Positions 1 to 15,100 of a stretch of 64,000 nucleotides of DNA are shown piece by piece. This stretch comes from Podarcis liolepis. Its lineage: Eukaryota. The notes under the pieces are model-generated. The model ran no database searches and had not been told where the DNA came from. It was given only the letters and a program-made list of their open reading frames with translations. The stretch lies in the NCBI GenBank assembly GCA_965112155.1, contig OZ218101.1; one strand, given 5' to 3'. Numbering within the stretch: the first letter of the stretch is position 1; each line of letters opens with the position of its first letter. A program made the translations under genes and the position numbers.

Positions 1-590
1 TGGCCATTCCTAGACAGAGACGGCTTAGCAACAACGATTCATACACTGGTAATCTCAAGATTGGATTATTGCAATGAGATCAATGTGGAGCTGGCCTCAG
101 GTTTGCTTGAACACTGCAGTTAGCACAAAATGTCGCAGCTAAGTGGGACACCACATCACATGCACATATTACCAATGCTTAAAGAATTGTACTGGCTGCC
201 AAGCCAAGTTTAGGTAACGAAGTTTGAGATAAGGGTATCTGAAGGAATGGCTCTCTCTGTGTAGAACTACCTATCCTCTACAGTTATCAGAAGAAGTCTT
301 CTGGGTCATGCCATGCCCTATGGAAATTCAGCTTATGACTACTCAGAGAGAGGCTGCCTTTGTAACAGCATCCATCTCAGGGAATGATTTCTACCTGGAT
401 TTCAAACAGGTACAACAGTATAGATACTTCATTGGCTAGTAAAATATGCCTGTTCACTCTGGTATTGAGGACCTTGGATACATTTTTATTGTTCCTTAGA
501 TATGTCAGATGTAACATTTTATTCTCTAATGGTGTTTAATGTGTTTAGTGGATTGACTTAAGTTATTTTATTGTACACTGCCTTGGTAAC
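1..590 (+). mobile_element. Decayed L2-clade LINE, 3' end of ORF2
   Basis: Translates in patches to HTLVISRLDYCN...LQLAQNVAA...HILPMLKELYWLP, matching the L2 C-terminal motifs LDYCN / LQLVQNAAAR / HITP.L..LHWLP. Confidence 0.7.
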
Positions 591-3500
591 TTGTGAACAA
601 AAGATAACATATACACAGTTGTCATGCTTGTAACAAACAAATTGCCTTTCTGCCTCCTGCTCAACTATCAGTCAGCACATTCTGTGGACCATTTTTCAGT
701 TATTATTAGGTGCCCCCACCCTGCCCTAAAGATCTTTCAAACTTCTCTATAAAACCCTGGTATTTCCCTGACTACTGTGCAGGGATGCCCTTTTGAATCC
801 GTGAAGATCCATAGTCAAGAGAATGAATTCACTCTAAGATTATGGGATCTTGTCACAAAATATGCCCATTATTCAAAAATTCACTTCAAAATATGCAAAA
901 CAAGTTTGACAAACTTTTCTCATTTGAAAGCTTCTATGATGAACATTGACAAAATGATTACACCAGAAAATATAATCCTAACCTTTTTACTCATACAAGT
1001 CCCCTGAGTAAAATGCAGACATATAAAACTAGGAAAAAAATCAAAGACCTTGTTAAACTGAGGCATAGAACTTGGAATAAATGGAACCTGGATGAGAGTA
1101 CTGGAAGCTCCCAGACAGAATCACAGTATGAACATCCAAGAAAACAAAAATATAATTTTAAAAACATTGCACTAGTTATATCTGTGAATACAAGTGGTGA
1201 TGGTGGGACTGGGGGTATGACACTGCCTGTTACTGGTGGAAGCATAAATATAGCCTTCCAGGTTTCCTCCAGATAGTACAGATAGTCTCTATCCAAGGTC
1301 AGTTTAAGAATTCATGCTGGCAAAGTACCTTTACTGCTTATAGGTACTATCATGTTGATTTCCTGTTCTTGTAGCACAACAGGTACAAGAACTATTTGTG
1401 AATTTATTACTGTATTAGCTTAAAAAGGGGGGAAAGCAATAGTTATTGAAAATAACCCGGCTAATAATTTCCTTCTGACACTTGAGTTTAAAAGGTTAAA
1501 TTACTATCTGAGGAAAGGTAATCTGGCTGCCTCTCACAGCAGCCTGCAAACTCGGCAATCTGCATAGAGAGGAGTATTTGTCATCATTAGCTGAACTGTG
1601 GCAGCTGGTACCCAGGGTGTCCCAGATTCAAGAAGTGGCAAAGGCACTCTCTTCTTTTAACTTGCCATTAGGTGTAGCATGTTTCATAAGCAACAAGATA
1701 TTTTGCAATACAGCATGAGACAACAGCCCTGAATACATCTGCATTTTATATGGCATAAAAACACCCTGATGCTGCATAAATAGTATTATTTGCCTTAAGG
1801 CTACTAGCTCCAAGCCAAACAACCAATACTTTCCGCAGGAAAAAACAAATGGCTTGTATGAAGAACACTTTGGTCATGATTTTTCTTTAAACTATTAAAT
1901 TCCAGTTTTTAAATGCAGTTTGAACCCAATAATGATCACATATTAGAGGACATGTAATAAGCTGTGAAGCAGGAAACTCAAATTTATTTTCATGATCCTA
2001 CTAAATGATAATGCAGCAACTGAAAGCTTTTAAATAAAAGCTACAGATAACATCACATCAGTGGTGTTATTAGAAACTTAAAATGTGTTCTTAATGTGTA
2101 CTTTGCAAACAATGAACTGACTTGCAGTCTTCTATTCAAACTTGGAAATAAACTTCAAAACAGATCAAATTTAGCATACATTTTTTCCAAATGGGTTTAA
2201 ATGTGTTGGGGGGGGGGAGAATGCCCAATAGATTCCAAAAAAGGCTTTCCCTAGGAAAATCTGGAGTCAGTTGACTAAAAATCTTTCAAAGACTTTTTCT
2301 TTTTTTAAAGAGGCATAAAAATAAAGGTTTGTGGGGCTTGAATTTTTTTTTGTGTGTGTGTGTATCTCAAACCCTTGACAAGATTTTATTATGCACAGGC
2401 TTCTACAGTTTCTTCCCCTAGGTTAATAAACATAATTCATACTACACTTTGCATTATTATGTAAACTACTTTTCACAAATAAACTAATTTTTCTGTTAAT
2501 GTAAAATCTATGCAAATACATGCAGTCATTTATCAGGAAAGCTGACAAGCATTCCATATTGGAAAAGGAAAATGAAACTGCCTAAAGAATAGAGGCAATT
2601 AATTATTTCTGTATTTTCTCTCCGTCTGACTTAAGGCACAAAAGTTATCCATCCAGTTAAAACAGCAAATGAAATAAAGAGTTTCTTTTTTATTATTTAA
2701 ACACATATGGCTTTTGCCTGCAATACTGATCACCGCAAGGTCTGCAGATGCCCATGGCTAAATTGTACACTGGCAGATGGACACAGGGGAAAACTGTGCT
2801 AATGCGGCATGGTGAGCAAAACAAATGAAGAACTGAATTTGGTGGTGGGAGGGAGTCTTTCCCCCCATTGAGATATGCCATTTGCTTATAAAGTGCAAAT
2901 TAGGTCAATAATAAATTTTGTACAATAAATATTCTACTGCTTATTCCATCAGGAGAAATTTAAGAAATCTTGTGCAACAAAAATTCAAAAGGCAGAGACA
3001 GAGATACCAGCGGCAGTGGAGATGGAAGTGTGTTGGCAAAGTAAATTTCCTACACAGTTTTATTCTGACTGCTAAATGCTAATAGCACAAATAATGAACA
3101 TGTTTAATGAGTACAATGAGGCAACTGTGTCCTACGCGTGTGCTGTTATTTTACCTTGGTAAGAGGCAATCTCTCAAGGTGCAGATGAAAATTGCAAACA
3201 TTAAGGCACAACCTAGCAAATGTGATATTACTTACATATACTTCCTACTGCCAATGAGAAGTCTTTATTTATTAACTGTTTCGTTTTACAGGGTTATTAA
3301 AAAAACATGTAGGGTCTAAGTTAGCCTTTGATATACTTGAGAAATGATTTATAGGAGGGAGAGAGAGAATGTGAGTATGGCAGAATATTTACTGGAAATT
3401 GTTCAGTATTATTTTTCTAGCAATAACTTTTCTTCTAATAGGCCTGTAAACATGCACAAAGTTGACTTGAAATTACTCTTTCAATTATAACCGAACGTCT

Positions 3501-4984
3501 AAAATAAATCACATATCCAGTTTACTGTTTTGTACTGTGCTGAATTTTTAAATGAATTTCTAGAGCACATTACACAAGCAAGATTGCTTCAAAATAATTT
3601 AGTGACACCATGCAATATTCTTAAAATACCAGAGTATTTCTGCTCTAACTTTATAAACTACATCTGGAAAAGAAATATACAACCATTCCAACCAACGGCA
3701 AAAAGCATTACTCAGAACATTATGATTCTGTTAAAAAAACGTTTGCCATTGGTTGAAACGGGTATTCATTTCTTTATAGAGGTGACCATGAATAAGCTGT
3801 TTCCAGAGTTAAATTGGAAGCACTATCATACATTTTACAGGGAAGAACAAACAAAGGGGATGAAAAATGGTTAAGAAATGAGCAAAGATATCCATTCGGA
3901 AGAAGGACTTTTTAATGGAATCTATCACTTGATTGTATCACATTGTCTGAATCAGATTTCACTTTTATAGCTACAGAGTTTGTAACACTGTTCAAACACA
4001 TTCATGTTACTCATAAAAAATGTAAATGGCTTGTTTTATATTTCAAACATCAAACCCTTTTGAAAATCGCATTCCTCTTTTCAATGTACTGAATGCAACC
4101 ATGAGCCCCATGTACACAGTGCTTTCTAACTCGGGATGTGGAAAAGTGCCCTCTGAAAATTTGATGGTTTTATCAGAACACGTATGGCTTCCCTTGAGAT
4201 TCATCTGATGTTCTGCCATAGAAATGACTCCTAAACTCACTTCAAATTTTGCTTTAGGACTCCTTTTCTTTTCAATGGAAGGAATATTATCTACACTCAC
4301 ACAAGCTTTTCGTCTTGCATGTGCTGAGAATTTCTCTCTTGTTGAAAACAAGAGATTGCTACTAGGCAGACTGGAAATGTATTCAAGAGGAGTGTAGCGA
4401 TATAATACTTAAAATGAAGTTTGATTCCTGAATTTGAAACATATTTATCTTGTTTCTTGTTTTAATATGCAGTATGAATTTACTTCCAGATGAGATACAG
4501 CATCAAAGATTCCTGTCTTTGTAGAGCTGGTTCTCCTTTTTCTACTCCCTCTTTGTTCACAAATTAATCTTCTGTGTATGTAAACAATAATACAACTCTC
4601 CAAACGTTACAGCGTATGTGGACAATAAAACAATTTCCCAAACAATATAGGATGAAATCTCCATTTTGTACTTTTTCAAACACCAATGGGAGATTATGCA
4701 TGGATGGCAGGTTATTGTCTCATTCCCCCCCCCTTCCTTTCAGAGAAATATCAATACTCTAAATCCTGTTTAAATTTTGTTACATGTTCCTGTGCCTCTC
4801 AATACAACAGAGAAGGCTGTAACTCTAAAGAATGTGGTCCAAAACTGAGTAATTCCATGCAAAGAGGGGAGGAGTTGTGAGCTGGAGAAAGACACTCCCT
4901 GTCATCAAGGCTATTTGGGCCCCAAATGATAGCATTAACTCAGGAAGCACCTTCAGACTATAAATTTACTCTATTCAGGAGGAG

Positions 4985-5545
4985 TACAGTTCCATTCAAG
5001 ACAGGTCACCTATTCAATTAGTCGACTTTAGAACTACCTACAATCTATGCCCAAATCTTGTCAAGAGTCTTTCTTAACCCTTATCCAACCACCAGTCCAG
5101 CACGTGAACAGTCTCTCCCGATTCAGATGGAACGGAGACACAGAGTGGTGTCATCCACACACTGATGATAACACACCACAAATTCCCAGATAACCTTCAT
5201 CAGGGACTGAATGGAATCTTGTGGGGCCCACAACCTAACTGTCAGAGAGCCAAGCAGAAATCACCCAATGCTACTTTGTGGTATTGATCCTGCATTTAGG
5301 AACAAAACCACTGTAACATTGGCCTCAAATGTCAATCCCTAGCACTGATACAGAAGACTGCCACAGCCAATGGCATCAAAATCTGCTGTGAGAGCAATAC
5401 AAGTAATCTATGCGGGTGACCAAGGCTCTGTCAATGCCAAAACATGGCCTGAAACCATATGGAAATAAGCCTCAAAACAATTTCCTCCAGGGACACCTGA
5501 AGTGGACTGGAAATGACCTATCCAAAAAAGAGGGCCTTTCTGACC
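4985..5545 (-). mobile_element. Decayed L2-like LINE reverse-transcriptase fragment
   Basis: Minus-strand remnants FPYGFRP.FG...AL (cf. FQSGFRPGHGTETAL) and YHQCVDDT (cf. HQYADDT). Confidence 0.6.
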
Positions 5546-5551
5546 AGGTGG

Positions 5552-5554
<3 letters not shown>

Positions 5555-5593
<39 letters not shown>

Positions 5594-5655
5594 TTATTTG
5601 TACCCCGCCCATCTGGCTGGGTTTCCCCAGCCACTCTGGGCAGCTTCCACAAAGA
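5555..5655 (-). mobile_element. Short 5'-truncated L2 3' terminus with (TTA)n tail
   Basis: Minus strand gaagctgcccagagtggctggggaaacccagccagatgggcggggtacaaataaa followed by ~13 ATT units (AAT run 5555-5593 on plus). Confidence 0.65.
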
Positions 5656-7599
5656 CAAAAAATACACTAAGTTGTATTCGTTGTCTAAGTACAGTGATAT
5701 CCTCTTAAAGATACACACACATGTACAAATATTCCTCAATCACATTCCCTTCAGTTGCATTTTTATATAAAACCTAAAAAAGGTAAAATTTTAGCATTTT
5801 TCAAGTGGTTTCTTCAGCATTTTCAGCATCTCAGCTTTATACTTTTAAAACTAGAGGATAAACAAGCACTATAATCAATCGGGGGGCTTTGGCAAAAGCC
5901 TATTTGACAACCCAAGAATATCACGTCTACTGGATGTTTTCTGTGTAAATGAGCAGCTACTCTTACCCCTAAAAGAAAAAGAAAAGAATCCCTTTTAAGG
6001 TTATGTGTCTGCACCAAATTGTTTATTTCTGGGACAAGGAGGGTCTCTCACATATGTCTCTCTTTGCCCTGATAAAGTCCTGTGCTATTAGTTTTCATGG
6101 CACAGCATAAAGAAACTGCATGTGTTTCTTACCAACAGATGATGCATGGAGACGCATGTGAAGATGGACTTCACCCCTGTGTCTATAGAGAAGAACAGTG
6201 GGGGAGAACTGCATTAAGTAGAAAATCTGGAAAACCTTTCGCTGCTGCTAGTGTGTGTGCGTGGTTGTGTGTACATGTACTCCAGCCTGCTGTTTGACAG
6301 GCATCCTGAGACAACATACAGATAAAATGAGTGCTTCCTTTAAAAAGTACCCACTAACCCCCTCCCTCCAAAATCAATCCTAATTAAGGCAAGTACAGTG
6401 ATGAGGTACAGACTGCACAAGCTGTTTTCAGTACATCTCTCAAGAAAAGCAGCTGGTGTAGAAGAACTTAAAACGTTAGTGAGACAAACCTCCCTTTGTA
6501 ACAAGCCACATTGACCGTTCCTCAACAAGGTTGGTTATATGTACCATTCTAGCTTTCATAATGCATTCTGTGCTTGCCTGGAAAAGGGGTTAGGCGGATA
6601 TGTCAGTAGTTTTCTTGTTTTTAAAATAAAATAAAATAAAAATATTATATTGACCACTTTCAAGTCTTTTAACAAGAAGCCAAATATTTGCATGCACATG
6701 TAAGTTCAGGTATTTCGCATCCAAGTTTTTTCGAGAATGTTTGGGTAAATGTTATTCAGCTTTTAATTTTGTTAGTTAGCTTTAAGTGCAATCCTTGGCA
6801 ACCTCAATTTGACGTGATTCTTCTGATGTACTACTAGAATAAAAGATGCAGCAAGGGGTTTCCCTTTGACATCTTCCGTAGTAAATTTTTAAGATTTATC
6901 TACAATTAAATATTTGGAGAGAAAGAAAAAGGCACAAAGAAGAACTATAAGGAAGATCATGAAATAAGCTGCATGTGATTGAAAATGAAAAGTGAAAGCG
7001 GGCGGTGAGGCCTATGAAAATGTATCCCACAATAAACCTGTTAGTCTTCAAGGCGCCTGGGGACACTCTGTTGTTTTGCTGCAATAGGGCAACACAGCTA
7101 CTGCTGGAAGTTACAGACCACAGAGACACTGAGAGTGAGTTTTACCAGCACAAAGCAAGCAGCAGAAAGCAGCAAAGAAAGAACTGCAAATGGAGACAGG
7201 ATGCATGGCTGTCCACCAGTTATATAGCAATGACATTTAGGAATGGATACCATATTTTATAGACCGTTGAAGAGCACGGCTCAAAAAGGAAGAAGCAGCA
7301 AATCCTAGGTGCTAGCTTCAGCTTTTTGCAAGCCAACAGCAGTTATTTACCTTCTACCCTAAGCCAATATTTCAGATTTTTGTTTTATGATGCCCAGGTA
7401 AGCAGTTGCCTCCAGTCTTCTTGACACACTGAAGTACAATGTGGACAGCTGCTTCATCCAGTCAGTAAAAGAAAGGCAGGAAAATGACATTCCATCAGGA
7501 CTGAGCCTACCACTAGGCAGAAAAGTGTGGCTGCCATGGAGGGGGTTGGGGACAGATGTAGCAAAGTGTTGGCTGACAGAGCTTTGCCTGTCCTGCAAC

Positions 7600-8040
7600 T
7601 CCTAAGCAGATTTTCCTCAAATTTCATGTTGTTTTGATTTTATTAGTTGTTGGTCTTAATACTGCATTGCTTTTAGACTTTTGAATAAAGGTGTGGTTCA
7701 GACATTTTCTGAACTGCCCTGGGATGCAGTGGAGGACATTGGCAGATGGACAATGTTGAGGTTAAGATTCAGTTGCCAGTGCAGCTGCAAATTGTGGAAC
7801 AGAGGTTGGGGGAGCACCATCTTGTGCTTTGTCTCAGGCAGCTCAGTGACTTGGGCCACCCTGAATTCCACATTTTTAATCACAGCTTGATCTGCTTTAA
7901 AGTGTAGTTTGGGGAAAAACTTGCATGAGTGTTGACTTTTTGGATAATCTGTCATGGCTTCATCCGGAATTAGAATATTTAAAGAATGTGTTCCAGAGGA
8001 GATGCATTTCATATCACTCATCAAAATAATTTCTCCAGCA
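7600..8040 (-). mobile_element. Highly decayed L2-like fragment
   Basis: Minus ORF remnant DY...QAVIKNVEFRV...HKMVLPQPLFHNLQLHWQL resembles the L2 C-terminus. Confidence 0.4.
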
Positions 8041-8419
8041 ATCATTAATGGGGACATTTAGAGACATTCCTCACACGGGCAGAGGAAGCATTACTGAAAG
8101 CACTGCTGCCCTGTATATTTTAAGGTTGCTATTGTATACTCACTTATCTGGGAGTATGTCTCACTGAACTCGTGAGGATTACTTCTGAGTAAATGCATGT
8201 AAAATTATATCACAGCTAGACAGTTATAACCATTGAAGCTCAGCAAGACTCATTTCCAAGTAAAGGAAATTTACTCTTCTGGAGAATCAATTTCTCTTCT
8301 GGAGAATCATAGGACAGTAGAAATTCTGCTTTAAGTCGTCCCCCCCCCCAAGAGTAGATAGTCCAATACTGAGACTTTGCATATTAGAGAGAGAGAGAGA
8401 GAGCTTTACTATGGGGCTG

Positions 8420-9150
8420 CAGTTTATATTGTTGCTGTTGGCATCCATCTGTCTCGAGAGTCAATGGAGTGCACCTCCAGGAGTGAAGTCAAACTGCTGT
8501 GTTAGCAGCACCAAAGTGACCTTCCTGGGGAGCAAACCTGGGCAGTGTGCACGGAGGTCCTGGGCTGCCCAGACAACAAAACACCCCTCTGGGCCTTGCT
8601 GATGTGGTCCAAAGGAAAGCAGAGCAATACCTTTTGCACTAGCTTAGCTGCAGGAGTTGCTGGCACACAAAGCACCATCTAACTGTCTTAGGTAAAGTAC
8701 CCCACTCTAGATTTGTGTAGGGTTTACTCCTTAGCCCTTTCTTCTCCTGAATATATACCCCAAAGCAGTACAGGTTTAGAACTAGAGTTTTCCTTCCCTT
8801 AGATGGGCTATCTTCCAAGGTGGACAAGCCCTATCTGGACCTCACTTCCCTCAACAGAATGTGCATAAACTGCCTTATTGGACCCACTATTGGTCTCATC
8901 TGTTCAATCTGCTGGAGCCCGTCTTCACATACAGGGAAAGTCACAAACTCACCGAGGGTTTGAGACCCCTCGGCTACCCTCAACCAGCCAGTTGGAAGTC
9001 ACTCCTGGGGTTTGGCTGCTGTCACATGCTGAGAGCTTCTAGGAGCCATAGGTGAGAGCTGAGTGCAGCATGGTGACCAAAGATGGTCAAACTATGCTAG
9101 AAGGATCACCAAGGGTACTACCCCTCCCCTAACACCTCACAAACCCCAGT
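8420..9150 (-). mobile_element. Probable RTE-clade-derived non-autonomous retroelement
   Basis: Terminus gttggcatccatctgtctcgagag and internal ttttccttcccttagatgggctatcttccaaggtggacaagccc resemble RTE LINE UTR sequences as I recall them; GC-richer than the flanks; no ORF. Family and strand are tentative. Confidence 0.45.
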
Positions 9151-12100
9151 TAAGACTGGTGCTTGCTATTTATTTTAACTGGAGTTTTTTGTTCAGATCT
9201 GCCATTGTTGGTTTCTATATTGTGTTACTTTAATATTATTCTAAGCTACTTCAAGTGGTCTATAACTCAAAAGCTGTGACACAAGTGATTTTAAATCTGA
9301 AAAATTGATTTGCAAAATAGTTTCCAAATTTCAACTAAAGAATTATTAGATCATGGTATATAGAAGTCACTAAAATAAAGCTGCTGTGTTACTATTGTTA
9401 TTGGCCTTTTTTGGCATAAGAGTGTGTTACTATTCATTCCTGCTAACTCTATGGTGCCAGCATGCAGTATGGTCCATACACAGCTGTGTTGCCATGACAT
9501 TTCCCTTTACTAATGCCAGTTCAACCAAAACCTCTCCATCTACAAACGCATCAAATACCATAATGTCCATAAGTCATACAATGGCCTGTGCTGTTGCAAC
9601 TACTGAGAAAAGATGCAACAATGCCCAATTTGAAAAAAACTAGTGCCACAGGCTAACAATGGCTGAGCATATGTGGTTGATACATCTCCATCAGTTGCAG
9701 CAGTAACAAGGATTTTCTACCAGCCTCTGGACCTTGGCTTAATTGAATCCAGATATTTCTTTGGTTTCTCAGGATAAGTGGCTTCTTGTTAATGGCTATA
9801 AGGAGTAGCAGTATAGTATGGAGGTGACTAGTGGTGGAATGCTTTTGAATTTGCCTTGAACTATCCACTAAATTTGTGACACTTCTAAAAATCAGGTGTA
9901 CAGCAATTTGTTGCCTTGCAGATTCTCAGTACCTAGGAATTTCACAGCTTAAATCAATATATTTTTTAAAGTTCAAAATCACAGCATAAAAGTTTGAAAA
10001 TACTGTGTTGCAAAATCCGGTTCTAACTCCAGAAACACAGATGCTGTGTGACTCTAGGCACTACTTCCAGAAACACTGGTTTCAGCCCAGTGTAATGCAT
10101 TCCTAACAGTGGCCTATTAAAACTCATGCTCAGCTTCATACCTACAATGATTCATTTACAACTTCTGCCTCTGAATACTTGTGGCAGATTCCATGTGACT
10201 AAAAGAAAAGCTATGTATTTTTCTCACACTGGTTTCTACCTAGTATCATGCATAATGGTGGCCTTAGATGTGAAAAATAGATCTCAAAACAGCCCTTACT
10301 TGGGAGGCGAATTAAACTAAAATCAGTAGGACGCTTCTGAGTAAATGTGCTTAAAGTGAGGTAAAAATTCATTTAAGCACGAGTACTTCACAATAATTAA
10401 GGCAGCTTCTGTGCATCATGCTAACCATCCGAATAACATCTGATAGTATATGAATGTGTTTTAATCTTTTGTGCATTTTTACTTATGTCTGCTTCTAGAA
10501 ATTCAGTTCCCTCTTACAAACGATGCCTTTCTGGTCATCCTGTTCACTCTGTTAAACAATACATTTTGGAAATCTTGTTTATAGGAAAGATTACTTTAAG
10601 CTTTCAAAGCTGTTTATCCAACACATGCTGCTTCATTTTCAAGGTCAGTATTGAATATTTTAGTCACTTAATCACATACAACATGAAACAGTAATGAAAG
10701 TTCTGTTGGATGACCCACTGCAGATGCAGTAGATTAAAGGGAGCTAATCCCCCCTGATTCCATGGACCATTCTGGGTTCAGGAAAAAAGAGCATTCCCAA
10801 AGTAGGATTCTTAAAACGTCACTGTTGGACTGCTTTAACTGAAATCTGGCATGCTGAGAATGTCTGCTTTTGATGCAGTTGATAAATAAATAAACCATAT
10901 TATCCTGCCTGCTATTTACTTGCCAACACTATACAACCTGTTGTTGCAAAGAGGAAAGTGTGTTTGTCTTAAACATTCTTCTAACAACACTGAATGGTTT
11001 ATTTAAAACATAACAGAGAGATCTTAGTGGTTGTTCTCAAGTGTCCAGAAGAACAGAATGTAGTATAAATACTATTTTGGAAATTTACAGAGATACTTTG
11101 GCTTATTTTTGGCACAGCGCCATAACTAATCTGTGAGAAACATTATTTGGATATTACCCACTATGCCTGAGCTCTGTGAGTGACATAAGACTCTGTGTGA
11201 TACACAGTACTCACATGCGATTTTTGCTTGTACTGTTTTAATTCTTGCTTCCCAATAATCATAGCACTAAATTATATATCTGGGGAAAGCAGTTAGGATA
11301 GTGCTTTGGCAGAGGAGGGGGAATGAAAAAACTGCATTTCAAAGAGACAGGAGAAGAGGCTTGAGCAGCCCATGGCAGCTATCAAAACACAGATTATAAA
11401 ATTCCCTCCTCAGACATGCTGTGATGGATTATCTGGGACATGGGAAACAGGACAACAGACAACAACCATCCCTAAACATCATTACAATACTGGGTTTGGG
11501 GTCCAGTGAGTGGGGGCACTTCTCAGTCAGAATGCAAAGGAGGCAGGCAGAGAATTGGAAAACTGTATCAACTTAACCGCAAACGGAGTCACTGTGGAAA
11601 TAACCCTGTTCACCTTTTTTTTCCAAAAGCCGAATGACACTGCTGAAATATTTGTAATAGATTTGCAATGTTTTGGAGAAAGGAAGTAACAAGGGGAGGG
11701 AAAAGAGCAGAGAACATAATTCTCTCTAGACCAGCCATGGAACACTCCCATCAGCCTCAGCCAACATGGCCAATGGAATGATGGGAGCTGTAGTTCAGCA
11801 AAATCTGGAACAGAGAATGTATGTGTAAAAAAAGCTCTGGGACTGTAACTGTGTCAAGTACTAATGGTATGGCCGCAGTCTTAATTTTTGCATGAGTCGT
11901 ACCCTGTGAAATTTCTCTCTAAGCAACTGTAAATAAATAAACTTACGCACAAGTCCTTTGTAATATAATAATGCATTCTATCTGCAAATAAAGTATTTAA
12001 AAATTATAAACATGAAAAAAGCATTATGGACATTACTCTGATTACCCTTTTAATAGTATGTTTCCCCCCCTTTATTCACTCTTAGTTTGAAAAAGTCATA

Positions 12101-14199
12101 ACAAAAGAAATACAAAAACTCAAAGTCACCATAAATTAAACTGGAAGAAAATACACCTTTATTTTTTTCCCAATGACAATAAAAGTGAATCTGCTACAAA
12201 GATGTATGCTTCATTTCTCTAGTGCAAAAAAGAAATTTATTTTGGCTTGCAGGATGATGTGTAATGAAATGGGTGGGGGTGGAGAACTGTTAGAATATCA
12301 GATACATTAAATGAGCCTTCAAACCCACTCCAACAACAGGGATAAATAATTCAATAAAACCCACTTCATATTCTGTCTCCCTAGTGCAATACACAGATAT
12401 TAAAAAACAAGACTTTAAACTTATGAACAGTGGTGTGAAGAATCACAACTACACAAAGAGAATTCAATGTGGCATAAATAGAAGAGCTTGTGAATTCAAA
12501 GCAACCAACACTTTTTCTCTAGCTGGAAAGCCAATATTCGTAAAATTACAAATGAAGTTGCTAATTAATAAATTATGTTTGCTGAACATAAAATCAGTCT
12601 AGGCACACTTCTTTTCCAACTGAGATAGGCTTTTTGAATAATACTGCAACAATATTGCACAAATTATTTTATGTGAAAGTATAGGAGCGGGAGTTCCCAG
12701 CAGAGTCTGTAAAAGTGAGCAAGACTGTGCAACAGGAACAACAACAGCAGAATTTGAAGAAAGTCACTCCTCAGACTTTCCTACACCTTTAATTCCTTAC
12801 ACAATTAGCAGTCCTAATTTCCACTGGGTTATTTTCATCTTGCTATGCTGATAGAAGTCCTTATCGCTAAGACCAAACTTGATTCAGTTGATAGGTGGAT
12901 GTAATGAAAACAGAAAACTGACTATTTTAAATATAGGAGCATATGTAAAGTGTGCTAACCACCTTCAAACAAGCGTCTTAATTTATATTTTTTCATCTAA
13001 TGTGAGACTTCCATATGACTATGAAGTCTAAAAGTCTTTGTTAACATTCAGTCCAATTCATCACAAAGAGAAGCACAAGGATTCATTCAATTTAGTTGCA
13101 TTTGGATTCAGTGCAATTAAAACTGGCATAAATCCTGGCAGGACTAAAATTTAAAAATAAAATTAAAGTTCACATTGAATTTTGTATCTAGACTAGTTTT
13201 AAACACCCTTACTACAAGTGGATGTGAAAAACTTCCAAACACCTTTAAAAAAATGCCTTACAAAATGTTTGAAAATTGGAATTAATTTTAATCTAGTATG
13301 CTAAATTCTATAACATCATTGTTATGTTACACAGCTTTTCTCAGTGCCTACATGTTATTGTATGCAACAACAAATTCAATATTTTAATATAATAATAATA
13401 ATAATATAATATTCCCTAAATGTTAGCCTTCTATATTTATTAGATTAAGTTTACAGTTCAAATAAATCAAAATATCTGGACCAACTGCATCAGTTACTGA
13501 ATTAATTTTAAAGAATCAAAACTTTTAACACTATGTGAAAAGCAGCTTGATCTATAAATTTATAAAGGAATATTTATTCTAGTGAAACTGGAGTTCAATC
13601 ATTGCCTACAACAGAACCTACTCTCCCAAGTACACAAGCTTGCAGTTTTAGTCTCCAATTCCATACATAGTTACCAAGTAGTAAGTTCCACTGAATTAAT
13701 TATATTTTACATACAAAGTAGACATGCACAGATCACAATATGAGGTGTAGCAACATTTTGCTAATGAAGGCTTATAAATTTCTGTAATTATTTTATATTT
13801 AATGACAATATTCTGCAAGAAACATTAACAACTTTGTGGCGTAACAGATAATTCAACCCATTTATAGCTCAATCTAACCAATGTAAGGAATTTTAAAGGG
13901 AGTTAATTCTAACCTTCACCTTATCATTATGGAAACAAGCAAAATATAAGTCTAAAGACTTCGCTGTATGTGTCATCTCAGCAGCTAGAAGAGCATAGAG
14001 GAACCACTTCAGGAGAGTGCTTTGTTGTGAAGATTTTCAATTATCACAGAGGAGTTTTGTTGCACCTCCACTGAGAACCGAATTTCAATTTATTACTGTG
14101 TGTTTTCCCCTTTACTAAGCGATTCAGTAGTTCACTGCACAGTTCCAGCTAAATTTCTGTATTTGGGCAACACAGCCTGCTCGCTACTAATACAGTACT

Positions 14200-15100
14200 G
14201 TTAAAAAGAAGTGCAGGGGCTGTGCTCCGGGGCCGGGCTCCCGGTTCAGAGGAGCAAAGTCGAGATGCTTGGCAGACTCTCCTTGCGCAGGAGCCTGGTC
14301 CCTTCTCCCACCGACCCCCAAACACCCTCGGGATGAAGGAGATAAAATGTGAGAGCGCCACGCTAGTGCCTTTCCCCTTCGCAGGCTCAAGTCTTAGCCT
14401 CTTAGAGGCGAGAGGGCGAAGGGAAATAGCAGGACGGGATGCAGACGGGTCTCTTCTCTGCGGGAAAGAGATTTGCTTGCGCAGCGTCTCTCCTGGCGCC
14501 CCTCCACCTGTTGTTCGGCTGCTCGACCCCAACCTATCTGCTCGCCCACGATCCTTCCCTGCCCCACGCACATTTCTGAAGCTAAGTTCAGGCAAGGCCA
14601 CGCTGGTGAGCTGCTGTCTGGAAGCGTCTCGACGCCGTTTGCAATCCCTGCCCAGACAGAAAACGGCCGCGCAGAAAATGCGCGCCCCGCCACATCCTCA
14701 TCCGCAAAGCCCTGCGTCCACAGGAGGATGCGCTACCGTTGCCTCCCCGCGCCCTGGGCGGCGGCTCCAGTTTCTCCTCCTCTCGCCTCTATCTAATTCA
14801 ACGACCTAACACGCCAGGAGAAGCGCGCAGTGAAGGCAACCCAAACAGATCGCTAGACGCAAAGGTGATCTGAAGGGCCAAGCAGCCACAAAAGGATCCT
14901 AAAGGGACTGGGCTGCTGCAATGCCCAACAAGCGACTTGTCGATGGACTTGCTTGGAAGCAAATGCCTTTAGGGCCGGGCGATAAGGAAGTTCACCATTA
15001 TCTGGAAGCAGGTCTAATCAATGCAACGAAATAATAATAATAATTGACACCCGAGCTCCGAACGAATTCTGCAAGAGCGCAGGAGGATAAGGTTGCAATC
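14200..15100. promoter_or_regulatory. CpG island upstream of MAB21L1
   Basis: Abrupt rise in GC and CpG density against AT-rich flanks; boundaries estimated by eye. Confidence 0.7.

Noticed and set aside
991-1296. Overlapping 87-101 aa ORFs
   Set aside because: No recognisable homology or splice structure; length compatible with chance.
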